Below are positions 58,644-64,000 of a DNA stretch of 64,000 nt, piece after piece. Positions within the stretch are counted from its first letter, which is position 1. Each line of letters starts with the position of its first letter. Source of the stretch: Alphaproteobacteria bacterium (GTDB lineage: Bacteria; Pseudomonadota; Alphaproteobacteria; Rs-D84). The stretch covers positions 28,026 to 92,025 of the forward strand of contig SUUO01000003.1 in NCBI GenBank assembly GCA_015062485.1, read 5' to 3'. The notes beneath the pieces are model-generated. The model made no database searches and was not told the DNA's origin. It saw only the letters and a program-made list of their open reading frames with translations. The position numbers and the translations under genes are program-made.

Positions 58644-58679
58644 TTTACACTTTTTTTCAATGTTTTACAAATATATATT

Positions 58680-59132
58680 TTATTGCCCCAGGCCCGCCGG
58701 ACTGAAACGCCCGATATTGTTAAACAATTCTTCGATTGCATTCAGTTCAATCGCCGCTGGAATCTGGGTTTCGCCTTCTGCGATAACAACATCTGGCAAG
58801 TCCGCATCGTGCAAGATTGCCGTCTTTACGACACGCTTTCCCTTGACCCAGGCCAACAGAACCGTTTCATTTGTGTACGTCTGTTTCAATGGGCCACGAT
58901 AATTCTCGTCGGCACCAAAATAAATCCAGACTGTATCGCCGTGAATAGTTTTCACCTGGGGGGCACCAATTTTTTCTTGTAATTGGTCTGTTGTTTTAAT
59001 ATCCGCCACGACCGCATCCAGATTTTCCGGGAAAACATAGCCACGGTGTTTGGTCTGGAATGTGCACGCCGCTATGGCAACACAACAAATCAACGCCAAC
59101 GCGATTTTACAAAAGAATCTTTGCGCTTTCAT
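58680..59132 (-). CDS. bamE: outer membrane assembly lipoprotein BamE (SmpA/OmlA)
   Basis: Lipobox VAIAAC. HRGYVFPE...L..G....QV...G.P pattern. TAATG overlap with the nifJ stop. Confidence 0.8.
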   Translation of the reverse strand: MKAQRFFCKIALALICCVAIAACTFQTKHRGYVFPENLDAVVADIKTTDQLQEKIGAPQVKTIHGDTVWIYFGADENYRGPLKQTYTNETVLLAWVKGKRVVKTAILHDADLPDVVIAEGETQIPAAIELNAIEELFNNIGRFSPAGLGQ

Positions 59133-62100
59133 TACCCTTCTCCATTTTCTTTGATACACGGCTTGTTAATCATTGCAAAATCCGCAATATGCTTTTTCAG
59201 TTCGCTTTTATAAGCATTATTTGCCTTGGCCAAATCAACAAGTTTATTAAATTGTGGATTTGCCGCGCGCGCCGCCGCGAATCGGGACTCTGTTTTCAAG
59301 AACTCTTCCAATGGCAATGGATTATCAACCGACGAATCCATCGTCAATGGATTGTGTCCATCTGCAATCAAGCGCGGATCGAATCGGAACAACGGCCACG
59401 CCCCCGTTTGTACCATCTGGGTCTGGTGTTCAACCCCGTTTTGCAGGGCAAATCCGTGCGCAATACACGGCGCATACGCCAATATGATTGATGGACCGTT
59501 AAAAGATTCTGCCTCGCGGAATGCGCGGATTGCCTGGGCCTGGTTTGCACCCATCGCAATTTGTGCGACATATGCGCCCGACATCATTGCGATTAAGCCC
59601 AAATCTTTCTTGGCGTGGTCTTTACCACCAATGGCGAACTTCATACTGGCACCAAATGGCGTAGATTTAGACTGTTGCCCACCAGTGTTCGAATAACCCT
59701 CGGTATCCAGAACCAGTATATTTACATTTTCACCACTGTGCAGGATATGATCAACGCCACCATAACCAATATCATACGCCCATCCGTCACCACCGATAAT
59801 CCAGACAGACTTGTCAACGATTTCGCCAATTAAACTTTCCGCCAGGCGCGCACGTTCACCCGATACAGTGGCCAATTTTGCACGCAATTGTTCCTCTATC
59901 TCGCGCTGTTTGGTCGGATCTGTTTCATCAAATATTTCTTCGACGTTTTCAATTCCAACCTCGAACAATAATGATTTCAGATTTTCGCGTTTCTGATTCA
60001 GGGCCAAACGCATTCCCAAACCATATTCTGCATTATCTTCGAACAACGAATTAGACCACGCCGGCCCACGACCATTGCGGTCTTTGGTCCACGGCGTTGT
60101 CGGCAAATTCGCCCCATAAATAGATGAACACCCCGTCGCATTTGCAACAACCATTCTGTCCCCGAATAAATGCGCCAGCATTTTAACATATGGTGTTTCG
60201 CCACATCCAGCACACGCCCCCGGGAATTCAAAATAATGTGGCAACAATTCAACGTGTTTTGGAATATTCAGATTTAATTTTTCGCGTTCCACATCTGGCA
60301 ACTTTTCCGCTGCATTAAACGCCGCCTGATTTTTTTCCATAACATCCGCCGCATTCGCCATAGATAACGCCTTGACCGGACAGTTTTTAACACAAACATT
60401 GCACCCCGTACAATCCGCCGGCGAAATATTCAATGTATAATACATATTCGCCCCCAGTTCTGGTGTCTTCATTGGGACAACGATTACACCCTGGCTGCGT
60501 GCTTGTTCGGCCTGCTCTTCTGTCATAACCTTGATACGAATTGCCGCGTGTGGACACAGCATAGAACACTTTCCACACTGGATACATTTTTCCAAATCCA
60601 CCGTTGCAACACGTGGCGACACGGCACGCTTTTCATATTTTGACGTACCAACCGGATATTGCCCACCACCAAATTCACCATCAACACGGAACCGCGACAC
60701 GGGTATTGCATCACCACGTTGTGCCGCCATTTCACCCAAGGTGCCGGCAATTTCCGCCGGCGTATCCAGCGTCATTGCCGGCACAAAGTCCGGTGCGAAA
60801 TTAGATACCGAAGACGGCAACTGATATTCACGCAGATATTCTGCGGCCTTGTCCACCGCGGCCCAGTTTGCCTCTACAATTTCCATACCCTTTTTCTTGT
60901 ATGTTTTTTCAATTGCAACCTTGGCGCTTTGTGCGGCAACCGCCGGATCAATAACACGTGTTAAATTAAAGAAATTCAGCATAATAAACGTGTTAATACG
61001 ATTCCCCAGGCCCAATTCCGCCGCCGCCGTATTCGCATCCAAGAAGAACACACGCGCACGAATCCGCATCAGATGTTCTTGGACATCACGCGGCAGGTTT
61101 GCAAACGCCACATCCGGCGCCATTGATGTGTTAATCATTACCGTACCACCCGCGCGCAGACCACGGAATACATCAAAACGCTGTGCAATCATAAAGTTTG
61201 AAACACTGATAAAATCAGCCACCTCTACCAAATATTGGCTTTTGATTGGCGCATCTGAAAATCTGATATGCGACGCGGTCAATCCGCCGGATTTTTTAGA
61301 ATCATACACCGCATAAGACTGGGGATATAAATCAGAATTTTCCCCAACAATTTTAACGATATTTTTCACCGCGCCGACGGTACCGTCACTGCCGATACCA
61401 TATAATATGGCGGTTTTGAAATTTGGATCTTCGACCGAGAACGCCGGATCCGTCTTTAACGACAGGCCCGTTAAATCATCATCAATTCCAACGGTAAAGT
61501 TATGCTTTAATTCACCACGCATCATATTTTCATAAATCGCCTTGACATCACGTGGCTTGAATTCTTTGGACCCCAGGCCATAACGCCCACCAAAGACATT
61601 TGCCGCATCACCCACCACAGATTTCACATCTAAATACAGTGGTTCGCCCAATGCCCCCGGTTCCTTTGTACGGTCCAAAACCGCAATATTCTTGACAGAT
61701 TTTGGCAATGCCCCCCGCAACGCATCAACCGGGAACGGGCGATACAAATGCACCTTGACCAATCCTAATCCCGCCGGCAAATGCGCCAGTGTTTCTTCAA
61801 TTGTCTCGCACGCACTGCCCATTGCGACGATTACGTGTTCGGCGTTTTCATCACCAACATATTCCACCAATTTATAGTTACGCCCGGTCAATTTCCCAAA
61901 TTCATCCATACATTCCTGAACAATCTCAGGGGTTTTGTTATAAAGCGGATTTGCCGCCTCGCGTCCCTGGAAATAGACGTCTGGATTTTGCGCCGTACCA
62001 CGAATGGTTGGCTTGTCCGGGGTCATACCACGGGAACGGTTTGCCAACACCAACGAATCCGGAATCATTTTACGCAACACATCGTCGTCAATACGTGTCA

Positions 62101-62641
62101 GGCGGGATTCTTCGTGACTGGTGCGGAACCCATCAAAGAAATGCAAGAACGGCACGCGCGACCGCAATGTTGCCGCGTGCGCGATTGCCGCCATATCGTG
62201 CGCCTGTTGAACATTATGCGACGACAGCATCGCAAACCCCGTCGACCGCACAGACATAACATCACTGTGATCACCAAAGATAGACAGTGCGTGTGTCGCC
62301 AACGCGCGTGCCGCCACGTGCATAACAAACGGCGTCTGTTCACCGGCAATTTTATACATATTCGGAATCATCAGTAACAATCCCTGGGACGCGGTAAACG
62401 TCGTGGCCAACGACCCCATCTGCAACGCACCGTGCATAGCACCGGCGGCACCCGCTTCGGATTGCATTTCGATAATTTGTGGGATTGCACCCCAAATATT
62501 CTTTTTATGCTGAAACGACCATTCATCGGCCAATTCGCCCATAGTACTGCTGGGGGTGATTGGATAAATTGCCGCGAAATCAACACATCTGTACGCGACA
62601 TCGGCCGCCGCCCAGTTTCCATCAACAATCAATTTAGACAT
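59132..62641 (-). CDS. nifJ: pyruvate:ferredoxin (flavodoxin) oxidoreductase
   Basis: ~1170-aa single-chain PFOR. N-terminal DGNWAAADVAYR..YPITPSS. Two 4Fe-4S ferredoxin motifs (CIQCGKCSMLCPH, CTGCNVCVKNCP). TPP domain GGDGWAYDIGYGG. RBS AAGGAAG before ATG 62641. Confidence 0.96.
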   Translation of the reverse strand: MSKLIVDGNWAAADVAYRCVDFAAIYPITPSSTMGELADEWSFQHKKNIWGAIPQIIEMQSEAGAAGAMHGALQMGSLATTFTASQGLLLMIPNMYKIAGEQTPFVMHVAARALATHALSIFGDHSDVMSVRSTGFAMLSSHNVQQAHDMAAIAHAATLRSRVPFLHFFDGFRTSHEESRLTRIDDDVLRKMIPDSLVLANRSRGMTPDKPTIRGTAQNPDVYFQGREAANPLYNKTPEIVQECMDEFGKLTGRNYKLVEYVGDENAEHVIVAMGSACETIEETLAHLPAGLGLVKVHLYRPFPVDALRGALPKSVKNIAVLDRTKEPGALGEPLYLDVKSVVGDAANVFGGRYGLGSKEFKPRDVKAIYENMMRGELKHNFTVGIDDDLTGLSLKTDPAFSVEDPNFKTAILYGIGSDGTVGAVKNIVKIVGENSDLYPQSYAVYDSKKSGGLTASHIRFSDAPIKSQYLVEVADFISVSNFMIAQRFDVFRGLRAGGTVMINTSMAPDVAFANLPRDVQEHLMRIRARVFFLDANTAAAELGLGNRINTFIMLNFFNLTRVIDPAVAAQSAKVAIEKTYKKKGMEIVEANWAAVDKAAEYLREYQLPSSVSNFAPDFVPAMTLDTPAEIAGTLGEMAAQRGDAIPVSRFRVDGEFGGGQYPVGTSKYEKRAVSPRVATVDLEKCIQCGKCSMLCPHAAIRIKVMTEEQAEQARSQGVIVVPMKTPELGANMYYTLNISPADCTGCNVCVKNCPVKALSMANAADVMEKNQAAFNAAEKLPDVEREKLNLNIPKHVELLPHYFEFPGACAGCGETPYVKMLAHLFGDRMVVANATGCSSIYGANLPTTPWTKDRNGRGPAWSNSLFEDNAEYGLGMRLALNQKRENLKSLLFEVGIENVEEIFDETDPTKQREIEEQLRAKLATVSGERARLAESLIGEIVDKSVWIIGGDGWAYDIGYGGVDHILHSGENVNILVLDTEGYSNTGGQQSKSTPFGASMKFAIGGKDHAKKDLGLIAMMSGAYVAQIAMGANQAQAIRAFREAESFNGPSIILAYAPCIAHGFALQNGVEHQTQMVQTGAWPLFRFDPRLIADGHNPLTMDSSVDNPLPLEEFLKTESRFAAARAANPQFNKLVDLAKANNAYKSELKKHIADFAMINKPCIKENGEG

Positions 62642-62716
62642 ACTTTCTTCCTTACCTGAATTTAACATCGGTCCAATGATAGCCCCATTTAAAACCCAAG
62701 GCAAGATTTATCGTAA

Positions 62717-62746
62717 ATAAAATCCCCCATTTGGGGGGGATTTTTA
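62717..62746 (-). terminator. intrinsic terminator
   Basis: ATCCCCC attt GGGGGGGAT with flanking A/T runs, downstream of 62744..63721. Confidence 0.8.
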
Positions 62747-63721
62747 TAACAACGGGTTGATAACATTACACTCTAATGCGTTATATAGCCCGGTTCCAAT
62801 TCGAAAATTTGATGAACAGTCACTGGCACAATTGTTGTTGCAGTTTGCAATCATTGTTGCGTCGGTGGAGCTCCAATAATAAAACGTTTCCAAATACGCG
62901 CATTTTCCACCCGTACAGCACCAACAATAATAACCCTCGGTCGAACTGGGGGTACCCTGGGTATTTACTGTCCCACTGGTTTCGGAGCATAGGCCGGTCA
63001 CGGTATTACTACTGCAGCCCTTGAAGTTGCAGACACCAGCGTGCCTATATGTACCAGAAGTATCATTAAAAGCTCGGGCAGGTTTAAGGAAACAATCGTT
63101 TTCATTGTTTCCATTGCCGGCCCCCAATTCACCGCGTCTCCCCTCGCTATCATCGGGACACGCTGTGCAACCACTGCATCCCACAGACACTCTATCAGAA
63201 CACGTAGCAGTACCATAATACTGATAATCACACTTATATGTAGTACTTGTACTGCACAGACCTGTTGCTGTATTACAGGTATGTGTTACTGACTTTACAT
63301 ACCCCTGTGCCGGACTGGAGGTCGTATTTTCGCCACAGTCACTATCACTGGTACACCCAGTCGGGTTTACAGGTCCAATGACGCTACTACCACAAGTTTG
63401 ATATGTAATTGTGCCACAACCATACGCACTGGCGTCTATTGTTGTATCAGTTAGCGTAAAACCAGCCTTGCACCCGGTACAATATCCAACATAAAATGGG
63501 TCTTGTCCCGTCTTGGTTGGCGAAAACATAACATAACCTCGTGCCGTACAAATCGTGGATGCGGGCAACGTGGTAATACTTGTCGCGCCCGATGGCAAAG
63601 ATATATATGGCCCCCCCACGGCACACAGACCCGTCGAAGACGGTATTGCCGCCACGGCAGATACGGATATAAACAGCCCCATCACCACCGCCGCAACCAA
63701 ACCGACGTTTAGATTCGGCAC
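62744..63721 (-). CDS. secreted Cys-rich protein, S-like region followed by L-domain (reverse-order fusion)
   Basis: Hydrophobic N-terminus. ...FNDTSGTYRHAGVC..., then GYYCWCC ... W ... ANCNNNCASDC (C-x3-C-x3-C). GTG start as in the ORF track; the true start is uncertain. Confidence 0.7.
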   Translation of the reverse strand: MPNLNVGLVAAVVMGLFISVSAVAAIPSSTGLCAVGGPYISLPSGATSITTLPASTICTARGYVMFSPTKTGQDPFYVGYCTGCKAGFTLTDTTIDASAYGCGTITYQTCGSSVIGPVNPTGCTSDSDCGENTTSSPAQGYVKSVTHTCNTATGLCSTSTTYKCDYQYYGTATCSDRVSVGCSGCTACPDDSEGRRGELGAGNGNNENDCFLKPARAFNDTSGTYRHAGVCNFKGCSSNTVTGLCSETSGTVNTQGTPSSTEGYYCWCCTGGKCAYLETFYYWSSTDATMIANCNNNCASDCSSNFRIGTGLYNALECNVINPLL

Positions 63722-63889
63722 AAAAACGGGGGATAAAATATGCAGAAATCAGGGTTTTTTAATTGCGAATTTATGCCAAGGAAAAACGTCCCATTGGATT
63801 CGGCATATGTTTTTCGTCTCTATGCCACGTATTATAACGCTTTGCGCGATTTTAGGCAAGCACGAAATTCATAGATAAATAAAAGTTTA
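63722..63889 (-). promoter_or_regulatory. family-type promoter (A/T motif + TTGCCT-17-TATAAT) with a short, unrelated leader
   Basis: Read on - strand: -35 TTGCCT (63854-63859), -10 TATAAT (63831-63836). AGATAAATAAAAGTTTA at 63873-63889. The ~100-nt leader lacks the conserved blocks and carries hairpin GGCATA..TATGCC. Confidence 0.65.
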
Positions 63890-63932
63890 GCGAAGTATTT
63901 TCATATCACATATCTCTTGTCTCATATCTCAT

Positions 63933-63965
63933 AAAAAAAAACCGCCGTATGGCGGGGATTTTTTA
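63933..63965 (-). terminator. intrinsic terminator of a gene ending at the right edge
   Basis: A9-CCGCC gtat GGCGG-GGATTTTTT. An open - strand frame (...FISELARQVQR stop at 63963-63965) enters from the right edge. Confidence 0.6.
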
Positions 63966-64000
63966 TCTTTGTACCTGACGGGCCAATTCAGAAATAAATG

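Overview
This is a 64-kb chromosomal segment of a Gram-negative bacterium. It looks alphaproteobacterial (SSB, CarD/CdnL, RodZ, TlyA, SIMPL/BP26-type, FtsB, BamE) and may be host-associated; the lineage call is inference from protein sequence patterns only. The backbone is dense housekeeping: trpS, leuS, argS, hisS, prfA, uvrA, rho, ssb, eno, tkt, rnhA, rlmE, rpiB, aroK, mscL, dgkA, carD, bamE, PFOR/nifJ, tRNA-Arg(TCT) and tRNA-Pro(TGG). Terminators are strikingly uniform A-run/hairpin/T-run structures.

The stand-out signal is a dispersed multi-copy module that I cannot assign to any family I know. Seven copies carry a nucleotide-conserved sigma70-type promoter (TTGnnn-17-TATAAT, preceded by the A/T motif AGATAAATAAAAGTTTA) plus a ~250-nt structured 5' leader. 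Each copy drives divergent secreted cysteine-rich proteins.

The leader contains:
- covarying hairpins;
- a 7-bp long-range helix whose central 4 bp differ between copies but always stay complementary (GGAA/TTCC, CAGA/TCTG, AGTA/TACT, CGAA/TTCG);
- an internal GC hairpin + U6 terminator that competes with an upstream helix;
- an SD-mimic (UCAGGAGG) flanked by two anti-SD-like CUCCUGA segments;
- a second hairpin + U-tract just before the real RBS.

The cargo is usually a gene pair. The first is a ~150-aa 'L' protein (MKKLLTLTAVGA signal peptide, YCWC..SKW..C-x3-C-x3-C, 9 Cys). The second is a ~90-aa 'S' protein (AAAPSTSCPSGY...MYAPAG.SYTD..GTYE.T..C, 5 Cys). The two domains also occur fused in both orders (3082..3834 and 62744..63721). 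Two cassettes additionally carry paralogous Pol-beta-type nucleotidyltransferase-like genes, and one of these is followed by an overlapping spanin-like gene pair.

Other notable items:
- a four-hairpin MITE-like palindromic element present in both orientations between inverted copies of the promoter-distal motif;
- a stand-alone SRP54 M-domain gene;
- a triplicated unknown ~85-aa domain;
- two candidate terminator/antiterminator leaders (10140..10316 and 34306..34557);
- an A+T-rich gene cluster with an ADP-ribosylglycohydrolase;
- a 0.8-kb non-coding gap.

No CRISPR array, rRNA or intact IS/prophage was seen.
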